A stretch of 63,940 nt of DNA, the filler included, from Stramenopiles sp. TOSAG23-3 (Eukaryota): NCBI GenBank assembly GCA_900128585.1. It is 22 parts of 22 records of this genome, joined end to end, with 100 filler letters (N's around TTAATTAATTAA, not from the genome) between each part and the next. Parts side by side here need not be neighbours in the genome. Positions count along the whole stretch, not along the records: positions 32,109 to 34,918 come from LT644575.1; positions 35,019 to 37,824 come from LT644576.1; positions 37,925 to 40,729 come from LT644577.1; positions 40,830 to 43,634 come from LT644578.1; positions 43,735 to 46,538 come from LT644579.1; 17 more parts are not named here. One strand, 5' to 3'. Every line of letters begins with the position of its first letter. Positions within the stretch are counted from its first letter, which is position 1. Below the pieces are notes generated by a model. That model did no database searches and was not told where the DNA came from. It saw only the letters and a program-made list of their open reading frames with translations. Positions 33,300 to 46,538 of the stretch are shown here, one piece after another. Position numbers and translations under genes: made by a program.

Positions 33300-34918
33300 T
33301 TACACGTCTGGAAGACCACCAACAGGGTCGCTCAATGGTTGTTGCGCAGCAAATCCTTCGTTCAAAACTTTCAGTGCGCCACCTAATTCTTTCTTTAACC
33401 GCCTTGACTGTGGATCACGCTTCTTTTTTCGCTTCGGTTTTCCGCTCTTTTGCGGTTCTTCGCTCTGTGGGATAACCTCTAGTGTTTTCTTTCCATCCGG
33501 GTCATGAATATCGTTTGACAAAAATGCAACTCCCATGGTCTTCATAGCCCTCCGTAGTTCCTGCTTGTGTTTCTTTACTAATTTTTTAATATTTTCGCCC
33601 GCTTGCTTTCGCTCTTTGGTAAAGACCGATTTTAGCCTGGACCGATCGTCAGGCATGCTATTTTGCAACATGGTTATCCTCTGCTCTTCAAGGCGGCGCT
33701 CAATTTCAATTATTTGCACCAATGTAACGTTTTGCTGTGTGCGAATTTCTTCAACTCGTCGAAGGCGCGAGAGTTCGGACTCTGACAGCCGCATTGTCGC
33801 AGATGCAGTCAGCAGCCTGTTGTCAAAGGGTCCATCCGCATTAAAATCTTCCTCTCGCGCTATGTACTTTCGAGGGTCGCCTGGTTGTTTTTGGGAACGA
33901 AAGACCTCGGCGTTGGCTCGTGATGGGATTACGAATGGGGATGCATCTTGTGGACCACTTACTGGCAAATCGTTGCTTGTTTTAGGTCGGATTCGCCGTT
34001 GCGTTGTGCCGCGGGTAGACGTTTGTGGGATGGACATCATCGCAGCTTCTTCGTTGAAGTCAGCTTCGGGGCGCCCGCCCTCCATTGGGGGCGTATAGCC
34101 TGGAGATACGATAGTCTGCGTGCCCATATCTTGGACCGGTGAGAGGGACCTTGGCCTTGTCGTAACAATTGTACTTTCTGCGCTAATATCAACAGTTTGA
34201 ACTTCTTCCCCGTACTCCATCGGGTTTTGGCGGCTCTGCGGTCGGCTGTTGGACTGCTTTGATCCAGGGCGACTGCCCGTGACGGAGGCTTGTCTGCTTG
34301 CGGGACGACTTCGGTAGGATTGTTTCGACCCTGGCCTACTATTGGTTTGTCGGCTGCCTGGCCGGCTGTTTGCCTGACGACTGCCTTGTCGGCTGTTTGC
34401 CTGACGACTGCCTGGTCGGCTGTTGGATTGACGGCTGTTGGACTGACGGCTGCCCGGTCGACTGTTGGCTTGGCGGCTGCCGGGGCGGCTGTTGACTTGA
34501 TGATCCACAACTGGTTGGGTATCCGCCTGGCGACTATTTGGGCGGCTTACCATTGTTTTTTCTTCCGATATTGGTGAAATATGTGGTGCAGAAAATTGCT
34601 CTGCTGTCGCTGCACTCTCCTCAACTTCAGTGGTACTGGCTTCAGCGATGGCACTAGGCGAGCTTTGCAACTGGCTTTGTTCCGTACCAGGTAAATATCC
34701 ACTGTCGTTGATCGTCGAAAATGTATCGCCCGCGTGTAAAGCGGGCGCATTCGGTGAATAGTACTGCTCGTGATCGTGTTCGTGTTCGTCGCTACTTGGG
34801 ACCTGACTGACTTCACTATTACTATCGTACGCAGCATGGGCTTCTTGCGCTAGCCGTTCCATTTCCTCCTTGTGGTCATCGTGGTCTTGCATAATTGCTC
34901 TATTTCTGGCGATTTCTT
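33300..34918 (-). CDS. Low-complexity protein with SRPGSRQ(A/S)N repeats and a C-terminal coiled coil (5'-partial)
   Basis: Frame open to the contig edge; 27-bp coding repeats at about 34215-34500. Confidence 0.82.
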
Positions 34919-35018
34919 NNNNNNNNNNNNNNNNNNNNNNNNNNNNNNNNNNNNNNNNNNNNTTAATTAATTAANNNNNNNNNNNNNNNNNNNNNNNNNN
35001 NNNNNNNNNNNNNNNNNN

Positions 35019-35097
35019 TTCTTCTTCTTCTTTCTTCTTCTTCTTCTTCTTTCTTCTTCTTCTTCTTCTTCTTCTTCTTCTTCTTCTTCTTCTTCTT
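35019..35097. repeat. (CTT)n microsatellite at contig edge
   Basis: Direct reading. Confidence 0.95.
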
Positions 35098-35180
35098 TGG
35101 AAAAAAGTCTTCTTTATTACTAGTAGTCGTCTATATTATATTATAGATAAGTTTTTTTAGAGGTATTATTAGATGGTTCT

Positions 35181-36155
35181 TCAAACGTCCACGAGTTCCC
35201 ACGCCGACGATGATGGTGCCAATTTGAATCGCAGTTCCGCCCGTCCTTTATAGTACTGTTTGCAATCTGAACCGTGCTCAAGCAAAAATTTGCAAGCTGC
35301 GCGCATATCGTTCGGAAAGTTGTCCGATTCTGCCAAGGGTGAGGTGCTAAAATTTTTAAGGATGAAATCGTCGCTCACCAGATTGTTTGCCATGGCGGCC
35401 AGAAACTCTCCGCTCCATATCGGCAACCGCCGGAGCTTCAACACGACGGTTTCGCTCTGTGCATCAAAAATACAAGGTAGAATATTATCGTCGCGGCAAA
35501 ATAGTGAAACGTACCGAAACGTTGCTTCTGGCACGATCGGGCTAGACATGTTCCACGACAGACAAGGCCGGACGGCGCGATCTACCACGCTGTACACCGC
35601 GTTCCGATAAACGGGCAAGTTGAATTCGCCCGGGGACTGAGGATGCGGCTGGCTATTTATTCCCATGATGAAGCAAAGATCAAAGGCAACTCGAAGACGG
35701 CCAGGCCACCGCGCCTCTTCCTTTCGCAAACATTTGATTAGCTCCCTTGCCAGGCCACGCCCCTTCTCGCAGGAACTGTCGACCAGAAACCCCCCCACCA
35801 TCGAGACACGGACGATCGCTTCTTCTTTCTCCCCAACCGTGCCGACCAGGCTGTTCAGCTGGGCCGCCACGGTCAGCGCGCAGTCGTCTGCCGAAGAGTA
35901 GTGCGCGGCACTGACTAAATTTTTTCGCGCGTTTTCCAAAAACAGCAAAATGCAAGTCGTTGCTTCCGTGCTACCAATGTAATGTATTCCCGACGCCGTA
36001 GATATGGTCGCCCATTCATCCTGAAACACTATCAACGACGGCACACCCCCAGTCACATTTACAGGCTCAGCCCCCTTGAACTCTACATTGCGTTCGGAGC
36101 ACGAGGCTATCACCTCTCCCACCCGGTCGACGCTGGACGTTGCCACCGCAGACAT
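35181..36155 (-). CDS. NTAN1: Protein N-terminal asparagine amidohydrolase
   Basis: VFQDEWAT, IGSTEATTC (catalytic Cys region), AAHY, MVGGF, SDDFILKNFSTSPLAESDNF. Confidence 0.88.
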   Translation of the reverse strand: MSAVATSSVDRVGEVIASCSERNVEFKGAEPVNVTGGVPSLIVFQDEWATISTASGIHYIGSTEATTCILLFLENARKNLVSAAHYSSADDCALTVAAQLNSLVGTVGEKEEAIVRVSMVGGFLVDSSCEKGRGLARELIKCLRKEEARWPGRLRVAFDLCFIMGINSQPHPQSPGEFNLPVYRNAVYSVVDRAVRPCLSWNMSSPIVPEATFRYVSLFCRDDNILPCIFDAQSETVVLKLRRLPIWSGEFLAAMANNLVSDDFILKNFSTSPLAESDNFPNDMRAACKFLLEHGSDCKQYYKGRAELRFKLAPSSSAWELVDV

Positions 36156-36963
36156 CTACGCCTTCCCACACAACAGTCTGCCCTTTTTGGTCACCTATAT
36201 AGTGAGACCAGGTATACGTTTACAAAAAACCTTTTCGAGACGTACAGAATTCTATAATCAAATCGAAATTGTTTTGAGGGGATGGAAGGCCCAACAAAAG
36301 ATGCAACAAAAAATTCTTATGTGTTCACTCTTTTTGTACCCTCACCAGCGCATGATATTAATATGATGATGATGTATTATAGCGTATAGCTCTCAGGAAT
36401 ATCCGCATGGCTGTGAAACTACCGTATTTTAAAAAAAGAGGAGGTGCTTTCTTCTTTTTACATAATAAATAATAATAAATTATTAGAGATAGTAAACATA
36501 TTATTAAACACGGAAAATAATGAAATGATACAGTACTATATGCTGTAGCAATGTTAATGGAAAATGAATAGTCCTAGCTTCACTTTTATAATTAATTTTG
36601 GCTGCTGGTAGTACCTTTGAAATAATATTTGTTGTTATTTGTATTATTAATATGTGTATTTATTATTATAATAAAAAAAGATAAAAAATTAAAATTATTA
36701 TTACCCACATATATTATAATAGACTTATAAATACAGCAGCAGTTCTTCTGTTCTTCTTCTTGACCGCACTTCCTCCTAGATCCTACTATATAGACTATAC
36801 GTAGTCATCTTCTTCTAGGAAGAGTGCGGTCATCAAGAACTAACAACTGTATATCAATTAATGATATAAATTCAATCAAGAAAGAATGAAGATTACGAGA
36901 GAAGATTCAATATTCTTTAACCAAGAAAACAAAAATTTTAAAAAAGAAGATTGAAAAAACATC

Positions 36964-37251
36964 ATGGCAACGACGGTGTTGGACGATGTCAACTTAATAA
37001 AAGGCCCAACGGCCTCCTCGAATACGATACATTCGCAGAATACGTGGGCGCTGGAAACGGAGAAGACACGAGCGGGGCAAGCTCCGGGTGACTTCGATTA
37101 CAACCCGCGTGGGTCGAGGTACCTGGACGTGGACGATGGCATCCTCCCGAACGCAGAGCAACGGGCGAGCCAGAACCAGTGGCCTTGGACGCGGGTCCTT
37201 GGGTGCGTTGTGGTTTATTTTTTTTATTTATTTTATACTAGAGTAATATAA
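36964..37251 (+). CDS. Small hypothetical protein, or a first exon
   Basis: GC-rich ATG-initiated island in AT-rich DNA. Composition switches at GG|GTGCGT (about 37203), a possible splice donor. Confidence 0.5.
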   Translation: MATTVLDDVNLIKGPTASSNTIHSQNTWALETEKTRAGQAPGDFDYNPRGSRYLDVDDGILPNAEQRASQNQWPWTRVLGCVVVYFFYLFYTRVI

Positions 37252-37522
37252 CAATGGTGATTGTTCATCTTTTCTTATTATAATTAATACACTCTACGAT
37301 GTCTCCGATTTTTTTCTAATAATATTCGCTCGAGATTCGAGATTGCACGACATTAAATCTACCAATTTGTATCAATCATCATCATCAAGTATAATATTTT
37401 AGTTTTTATTTATTATTATATCTATTAAAAATATTATTTTATTGTATAAAGTAAAATCGCTGAGTATGACCGGCGTGCCCCCCTATTAATGTTTTTGTTC
37501 TATTTTTTTGAAGTCCCCTAAT

Positions 37523-37824
37523 TTACGTGAAGTCGCTGTAGGTTTGTTCGACTGCGGTGGCTTCCTCGTTTTTATCTTGGGCACGAAGGATGCCAGTGAC
37601 TTGCCTCACACAATCTTTCACATCCGCTTTCAAACCAAGAGAAAAATACCCATCGAGCGACTTTTGAGCGAATATTTCCGCGTTGGCAAGATCACCTTTT
37701 TTCTCAAGAATCGAAGCTAAGCCGTACATGGAAAGAAGGGTTTTTGGATGTGTATCCCCCAGCACTTTCTCTCGCCCTGATAAAGCCTTTCGAAACAAAG
37801 GTTCCGCTTCCTCCAACTTGCCTT
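37523..37824 (-). CDS. C-terminus of a kinesin-light-chain-type TPR repeat protein (5'-partial)
   Basis: GKLEEAEPLFRKALSGREKVLGDTHPKTLLSMYGLASIL. Confidence 0.88.
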
Positions 37825-37924
37825 NNNNNNNNNNNNNNNNNNNNNNNNNNNNNNNNNNNNNNNNNNNNTTAATTAATTAANNNNNNNNNNNNNNNNNNNN
37901 NNNNNNNNNNNNNNNNNNNNNNNN

Positions 37925-40729
37925 GAAAAAAAACACCATCATTGGTAAAATCGGCGCCATTTAAAGAAATCTCGACCGTGTAGCTTCCAACACTTTCTTG
38001 TGCAGGGGCGTAACACTCCATATTCCCATTGTGCTTCAACACCGCAGGCACCTTAATCTGCCCAATTCTACACACAGACGAGTAGGAATGTGTGAAACCA
38101 GTGCCCATAATTCTTATTAGGGTTCCACCTGACAGCTGTCCGTGAGATGGGGAGACAGCAAGCACGGTCGCTTCTGTTAAAAACTCGAAAGCCTTGTCAA
38201 AGAACATGTAATCGACACTGTTTTGTGTCACGGAGAGATTCACTTTCCCCGGAAAAGATGGGGGGATCGAGCACTCAATTAATTTTGACGAAATATACCT
38301 TGCACTAACGTTCAACTCATTGCCAAAATAGCATGCAGTTCGTTTATCGTCAACAAAGTTTTGTCCCATGACATTGACCTTTGTCCCGCCGCGTACGCTT
38401 CCTTTGGTCGGGTAAAATTCTGATAACAATAGGGGCTTATCGAAGGTATAATGGATCCTACTGAAATGGTTCGGGGATATTGGGCTTGCAAGTCGCAAAA
38501 TTACAACACCGACATCATGTGGGGGAGTTATACAAGTCAAATCAGACACCGACTTCCTGGCTGCGGGAACAACAGCATTCTCACCAAAGTTGCAAGTCAG
38601 GTTTTGCAGACTTGTAATGGAGGAGGAAAGACCCGAAATAGTTAAACTAGTGCCCCCACTCATTGTACCTCGACTTGGAAAAACTGTAACAGATGTCTTG
38701 CTAAAAGCACTTGAAGAGTGGTCATCGATGTATGAAAAATTAAGAAAATTTTCACTCCGGTCGAGACCATTATTGGACAAGTAAACAGGCACGGTATTTC
38801 CCGCAATCACTCGAGGTGCGATGCATTTTACTTCCCCATGATTTACTACCATTGCATCTACAAAATGACTGACCCCAAACTGGCACGTAGCATGCCCGTA
38901 AGAGCCTAAATTTGTGCCTGTAATGGTTACCAAGACACCCCCATTTACTGATCCATTTACAGGAGATAAAGTATGTAGTATCATTTGAGGTTGGTATCCA
39001 AAATTGGCGTGTGTACGGCTCAAGTCAATGCCATTATTGCTAACATGCACCCCAACGCCCCCAACTGCGTGCGGGGGAGTGACGCACCGTATTAAAAACG
39101 ACGAAATCCATTCCGCCGGAACAGTTTCTGAACCAAATTTGCACACTATACTTTCGGTATTCAAAAAGTTTGTGCCTGAAACAACCACACTAGTTCCGCC
39201 AAATTCTACTCCATGATCAGGAGTCACTGAATCAACAATAATTTCATCATAGTACGAGAAAGAAACTTTGTTTTCCGTAAAATCAACACCATTCATAGTT
39301 AACTTCACCAGGCTTTGCGCAACACCATTTGAAGGCGGGGTCGTGCAGCGAATGGAATTTTTGTTTATGTACTGCGCTTTTTGTATTGTCGCTCCAAAAA
39401 ATTTGCATAATATTTTATTGTGCGGAACAAATCCTTCCCCTTCGATAGCAATACTTGTATTTCCAGACGCAGGCCCCGAACTAGGATGAAACGACACGAT
39501 CTTTGGGGTTTTCGAAAAGCGAAAAGGTAGGACATTTGATGAAAAATCATCCGATGAAGTTACAACCGACAAAGAAACTAACCCCACATCATGTGAAGGC
39601 GCAACACAGAAAATCGTGCTTTTATTTATATTCGTTGCTAACACTTCTGTTGAATTAAACCTGCAAAGAATGTTGTTTGAAGAAGGAAAATAATTTGCGT
39701 GAATGTATATTTTCGTTCCGCCATCAGATGGACCATGGGTAGGCACGAGAGAATCCAAAACTGTGTGAGGCAAAAAGGAAAACTGGTACGAAGTTTCTGA
39801 ATACTGCATCTTGTCGTTTGTAACTCGGAGCTGAGATTCTCCTGGTGGATGTTTGGGCGTAACACATTCTAACATGGTCAAAGATACCCAATATGCCGGC
39901 GTTTCATAACCGTCGCCAAAAGAGCAAGATAACAAATCAGAGCGCTTGAAGTGAACGCCCATCACACGTATATTCGTACCACCCATTTCGGATCCTTCAG
40001 AGGGATGTATTTGAACTATCACAGGGGCGTTTTCAAATTCAAAAATACCGTCTCCCTCTACACTAACGAGCTCATCTAAGTTCTCAAATCGGAGTTTAAA
40101 TGCAACACTACCAGCAATAAATGCAGGAGACACGCATCGCAATACAGTATCATTTAGTACTTCAAATGATACTGGGAGCGCATCACCAAACTGACACTGG
40201 CCTGTTTCTCCTGAGAAACCTAGACCATAAGAATACACTTCTGTGCCCCCCGCGATCACGCCAGCACTTGGATTTATTGATAGAAGAGAGGGGACATCTT
40301 TCACTACCATCCATTCTGTAGACACGGCATAATCGATACCATTTGCCGATACACTAACTTGAACATTACCTGCTGCATGGTTTGGAGAGGTACAAAATAT
40401 AACGGACGAATTCACAAACACAGCATCCACCACTTTAAACCCAAAGCGACAATACAAACCGTCACTACCCTTCGAAAACGAATTTTTACTAATGAATGTA
40501 ACAATAGTCCCTCCGCTTACAGAAGCAACTTTAGGAAAAAAAGAAAACTCCTTGACGTAGTTTGACAGATAGTTGTACGAATGCAATGCATCAGTAAAAT
40601 CAACGTTATTGTTTGACATCCCGATTACTACGTCTCCAGCTACCATTGATGGTGTGGTACACTCTATACGATCACCAGATATCCATCGGCCTAATACCGA
40701 AGTAGAGTTTCCAAATCGACAATACAACG
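37925..40729 (-). CDS. Internal part of a very large tandem IPT/TIG-repeat protein (partial at both ends)
   Basis: About ten repeats of roughly 87 aa: PxxGxxxGGTxVxVxGxxF...CxFG...CxxP...SxNGxD. Confidence 0.95.
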
Positions 40730-40829
40730 NNNNNNNNNNNNNNNNNNNNNNNNNNNNNNNNNNNNNNNNNNNNTTAATTAATTAANNNNNNNNNNNNNNN
40801 NNNNNNNNNNNNNNNNNNNNNNNNNNNNN

Positions 40830-43634
40830 TAGGTTGCACGTTGATGTGGGGGGTGTTTGCCATCTGCTTTATAAACCCCCTCGGTTTCGGTGTGGCAATT
40901 ACATGTTGCTGCTTGATCGCTATCGTTTCGCTGACGTTAGATTTTATTTCCCTAACACCGCGGTACCTTGGAGAAGCCACGAAATGCGTAGACGAACCGT
41001 TACTGCAATTTGCAGCAAACGAAGCCCGAGTCGAATTTAAAAGAAGACGGTCCGTATTAAATATACAGAGTGAAAAGTGGGCAGAGCTTGATGCCCAAGA
41101 AGAGAGAGAGAACGCCATCTTGAATAAGTACAAGATAAGGGCTGCAAAAAAGAAAGAAGTGGTTTCTACAGATGAGCCGGGTCGAATGTCGGCAATGAAG
41201 GCTGCCCACAATATCCGAAAGGCAATCAGAGGCCTTGCTTATATTGATAAGGAGCATTACAAGAAAAAAATAAGACGACACGATGCACCGTTTTTAATCA
41301 AAGATGCTATTTTTGATGAATTGGAAGTCGGTGAAGGCCCTATCGGGTGGTTTTGCGGCTTTGGAAGAGCAAAACAACATACAAAGGTTGCGTTAAAAAA
41401 AGCGATTGAACAAATAAAGATCGCTGCAGAAAAAGGAAAAGAAAAGCTGGCTGATATTAAAAAGAAGATTAAAGAGAAACGAAATGGTGGAACCACAGAT
41501 AAAGACGAAAAGGCTGAGGAATCTAAGGAAAACGAAAAAGAAGAGTCTTCTGAGGAAGAAACTGACAGTGAATGGGAAAGCGACTCGGAAGATGACAATG
41601 AAGTTGGAAAAGTGTTACCGTCTGCTCCAGCGATGGAGCTCCTTGGCTCTCTGGAAAAATTAGACTTGTCGCTGGACAAAGAATACGCAGAGGAAATGCG
41701 GATGATTGTTCATTTTCAATTGCTAATTATTGTTGCTTCTCGATCCAGAATACAGAAAGAAAGTGTTGAATTTCAAATGTTTCTTCGGGAAAACCGTTTT
41801 AAGTTAATGGCAAATGGAATCAAACCTCCTCCAGAGATATTTAAGTCGAATAGTTTTGCCAATATTGATATGACCCTGGTGGCAAATTGGCTTGTTCGAC
41901 TTACCCCAGAGCAGCACGAACGTTTTAATCAATTGAAGCAGAGATTCAATAAAGAAATTGGTGAAAGAGACTTGATACGGGACATGGAAGACGATCAACT
42001 TCGTGAGGATGAAGACCAGCTTATGGGGATGAGGGCGCAACAAGATTGGGTGAGGGGACAACAGTTTGCCCAAGAAGTCGTCGCTCGTAGGGAGTACAGG
42101 AAATCCCAGGACATAGAGCTAGACACAGGAATACCGGAAGATATCCATAATGGTAAAATGAAACTGGATGAACTTGCAAATGGTGAACACGGCGGTCTGG
42201 CTCCTGGTAAGTTTGGCAGGGCTTCACAGTGGACAGATCCTGATTTCCCCCCCATTCACTCTTCAATAGGCCATTGTGCAAGTACTTCCTTGGTAAAGGG
42301 TTGGGCAGTTGCCAAAGGAATAAATCCTGACGCGGCTATGTTCGCGGGAGGAACGGACCCTGACGATGTTCATCAAGGTATATTGCACGATGGCTGGCTG
42401 CTAAGTGCAATACAGATCCTTTCCGCTTCTGGGGGCGTGGGAGACGAAGAAGTTGACGAACTTATATCAAATATTTTTATAAGCGAAGACGATAGCCCAG
42501 TTGGGGCTTATGGAATACGCTTCCACAAAAATGGACAATGGGAAACTGTTTTTATTGACGATCATTTTCCCGTCATGTCAGAAGAATACAAGGAGCAGAA
42601 ATCGGCGGGTGCTGCATTTGCTTACACAGACAACTTCGAGGAGATTTGGGTCTCACTAATTGAAAAGGCGTACGCGAAATACTATGGGTCGTATGCTGCA
42701 CTAGAGCATGGATTTTGCCACTTCGCTCTTGCTGATTTGACTGGCGGTGAATCTGAGGCTATTTCGATTAGTCAGGCCAGTAGAGGGGCCCAGAAGGAGC
42801 TGTTTTGGGCGAAACTAAAGAAGTACCGTCACAACGGTTTTCTGATGGGCGCAGGTTCCGTTTCAGAGGATGGTGGCGATAAGGAATTGGAAGAGACGGG
42901 ACTTGTGATGGGGGCAATCTACACCGTTTTACAGGTTGTCGAAGTAGAAGGGAATAGGCTGCTGTTCCTAAGAAACCCGCCTGGGGACCATGGTGAGTGG
43001 CAAGGAGATTGGAGTGACGATTGGGGGGGCTGGAATGCGCGCCTGAAAATGAAGTTGAATGTTGTTGATGACGATGATGATGGCTGCTTTTACATGTCTT
43101 TTGACGATTTCTGTCTCGCATTTCGAACGTTGTACCTGTGCAGATACTACGACCCGGCAGTATGGAAAGAGTATTCTTTCCATGAGCGGTGGACAAAGAT
43201 GGAAGGTACGACACAGGGGCTGCCCACGAAGCATAACCCAAAATGTAAACTCGATGAGAATCCTCAGTTCGCTCTAGCGATCGACCGGCCGACAGATGTT
43301 TGCATAAGTATGTCTCAAACAGACAATGGTATTGCGATCGGTGAACCTCTAGAGGCGGCATTTTATGTAGTCAAGACACCTAAGCATATGCCGAATCGCT
43401 CTGTGAGGGTAAAAGAACTGACCATGACAAATGTCGTCGCTTGGTCTGGAGACCCGTGTGAAGAAAGGGAGCTAAGCGTGATGACTCACTTACTTCCGGG
43501 CACCTATACAATTTTGTGTTCTGTTTACAAGGGTGGTGATGAAGGCCCTTTCACACTGACAATAAGAACGAATTTTAAGGCTCGCGCCAGCCAGTTGTGG
43601 CCACCACAGTGGAAAAAGGATGGAAAGGATGGAC
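40830..43634 (+). CDS. Membrane-associated calpain-like protein (TM segment, linker, CysPc, domain III) with a substituted catalytic triad (partial at both ends)
   Basis: WTDPDFPP, DVHQGILHDGWLLSA, WETVFIDDHFP, WVSLIEKAYAKYYGSYAAL, ALADLTGG, WQGDWSD, DGCFYMSFDDF, ENPQF. Confidence 0.93.
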
Positions 43635-43734
43635 NNNNNNNNNNNNNNNNNNNNNNNNNNNNNNNNNNNNNNNNNNNNTTAATTAATTAANNNNNNNNNN
43701 NNNNNNNNNNNNNNNNNNNNNNNNNNNNNNNNNN

Positions 43735-44187
43735 GAACGTCCCCTTTCTTTTTCTGCGATTCTTTGTCGAACGGTCGGGGGTTTCTTTTTGCCTAGAATA
43801 GGATTTCTTTGCTGATTTGCTTTTCTGTACAGGGTAATCGCTGATTTTATTTCGCCTCGAGACGGTCTCTTTCCGTGACACTTTGTGTGCTTGCCCGCTA
43901 TCTGACGGTTTCTTCTCTCTGAGGACATGGCGTTTCGACGGAATCGGGGGGGCGTCAACTTTACAAACAGTTTGCTTGTTTCTGCGAGCTTCCCTCATAG
44001 ACTCTGCGTGCTTTTGCCTCGCTACCATAAGGTTATTTGATTTGATTGTGAAAAGCACACGGTCCACGAGCTCGTCCATGTCGTCCTCGAACCCCGTTGA
44101 CTTTGTTTCACCATGACCCCTTTCGCTAGTTTTCAGCATGACGTTTGTAACGGTACGGGTATGTAAATTCTTTGATGTAAACGTCAA
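43735..44187 (-). CDS. Possible N-terminus of a basic hypothetical protein (3'-partial)
   Basis: About 150 open codons running off the contig; no domain recognised. Confidence 0.45.
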
Positions 44188-45220
44188 TGAATTTTCGACA
44201 AACAGGTATTCCCTGCTTCATTGGAACAATCGTTTTGAATCGTTTCATTTCGCTTTTATGAGTCCTGTTTTGATAATTTGGAAACGAATTTTTTAAATGC
44301 GATCATCTTTATAGATGTGCTGCATTGTGTCTATATGTACTACATAGAAATAATATTATAATTGCCAGGGGTACGGGGGTTAGTATAAATAATATATAAA
44401 TACACCTAGTTCCCTCAACTATTTGTGGCACACGCAAAAATCTATGACCTTTTTTTTGTTTCCATATAATGTACATTACAATAATTACTATATATTAATA
44501 TATGCTAAATATATATAATAATAATATTTATTCATGTAAATTATACTCCTTGTAAATATATATTATTTTGAGCTTTTTTTGAACCCTCAATTCTTCAAAA
44601 GTTTCTGTGTTGTGTCTATGCAATAAGCGAACTATAATTAAAGATATTATAGTCCTAATAAATAAATATGAAGAAGCTCAATGATTCCAATGATGATGAA
44701 GCCTATTTTGCCATATTTGGTTTGGTTTGGTTTAATTAAAATAGCAACGAATAAAATGTAGTAAAAAGAAGAAAGGTCTTGGATTCGGTTTGCTCGGATT
44801 TGCTGGAGAGTGGAGAGTGGAGAGTGGGGATTCCATTGATGAAGCTGTGTCCTCATTATACAGGTGGTTATCATGTATTAAACACAATGGTATTACCTTT
44901 TGTACCAAAAAAAATGAGAGAAAATGAAATAAAAACAACAAAACTTTTAATTATTATTTATTTTATTATTGAAAATTTTATTCTTCGCGACACACACCTC
45001 CTCTTTTATAATACCTGGTAATATATAAAACGAATGACGAAAGTTCGAAAGATATATTAATAACAGGTTCATATTTTTATTATTAGACGAATATTTTCCC
45101 CTTTACTTCTGTGGAATATTCAACGCGGAACTCCATATATTTTTTAAACGTTGCTTGGTGTGTGTACGTGGTAGGATTTGCAAAGAAAATTGCCAACATC
45201 TCGCCCCAAGGGTGCACAAG

Positions 45221-46538
45221 ATGTCAACACGTCCTCTCGTGCTTCTGTCCACGCTCTTGGTTTTTCTATCGCTGCATCGGGTCGAAGGGTCAAGTGATCC
45301 GATCAAGAAAGTATACATTGTCTTTAGCAACCATCTTGACATTGGTTATACAAAGAACGTCAATGGGAGCACGTCAGGTGCAGTCATAAATCAGTACTTC
45401 AACGAACATTTCCCGAAAGCTATCAACACGGCCAACGAAGCTCGAGCTAAGGGAGGGCATCAGTACAGGTGGATGACACAAAGCTGGTTAGTGAGCACTT
45501 TCCGGAACTGTAAAGACACGAAAGTAAACATTCATGGTCCAAACTATCCAAATGACCTACAATGTCCCAATGCGTCCAGCGTAGCGGCCTTTGAGGCAGC
45601 TGTAAAGAGAAAAGATATTGTTTGGCACGCGTTTCCGTTCAACGCCGAGCCTGAGCTATTTACGCCCGAGTTGTTCGACGCTGCCCTGAACTTGACCTTT
45701 GAACTTGATGATTATTTTGGGCACCCCCGGCGGAAAACAATTTCCCAACGGGACGTTCCTGGTATGACTAGGGCTGCAATACCATTGCTTGCCAAGCGCG
45801 GCGTCCGCGCTGTTAGCGTTGGTGAAAACGCTCAAGTGGCACCCAGCGCCGTGCCTCCCATTTTTCTGTGGAAGGACAACACTACAAAAACTGAAGTAAT
45901 TGGGTTGTTTCATGGGTTGGGGTACGGGGGGTCGTGGCCTTCGGCAACGCGGAGAAGCTTAAGTAGCAAGAAGCGCATGAACAGGCTTCAAGCAGCAGCC
46001 AGGAGGGCATTTGAAGCGGCTAAAAACAACATGAGCGACGTCGGAACACCAGAAAACAAATCGTCACTGTTTTATGTCGATTCTAATGGTGACATGATAA
46101 TGCGCACAGCAGCTAACATGTACGACGATGGCCCAGGTTTGCACGTCGATGAAGACGGAACTGTCGATGCGCCAGGTGATCGAAACGAGGTCTGTGTCCG
46201 GGTGGATGCTGCTGGGGTTGCTCTATGCTACGCGTGGCGCATAGACAATTCTGGGCCGCACTCCTACGAGGAGTCTGAAAAGCTTTTCAACGCTTATCAA
46301 AAATTGTTTCCTGAAGCAACCGAAATCGTTGCCAGCGATGGAATGGACGACTTTGTATTAGATATTTTGCCATATAAAGATACGCTCCCCGTTGTTACTG
46401 CTGAAATTGGAGATACCTGGATCATGGGGGCATCAGCAGATCCGCTCAAAATGGGGCTATTTCGCGCGGCCCAGCGTGTATATTCAACATGCGCAAAAGA
46501 GAATAACTGTTTGAAATTAGCGAATGGCGATGAGCAAA
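45221..46538 (+). CDS. Secreted DUF5054 / GH38 N-terminal-like glycoside hydrolase (3'-partial)
   Basis: Signal peptide; VYIVFSNHLDIGYT, IVWHAFPFN, QRDVPGMTRAAIPLL, LPVVTAEIGDTWIMG. Confidence 0.85.

Noticed and set aside
14627..35097. GAA/CTT tracts as strand-specific promoter elements
   Set aside because: Orientation and position are inconsistent (one lies 3' of NTAN1), and their presence at contig ends is an assembly bias.
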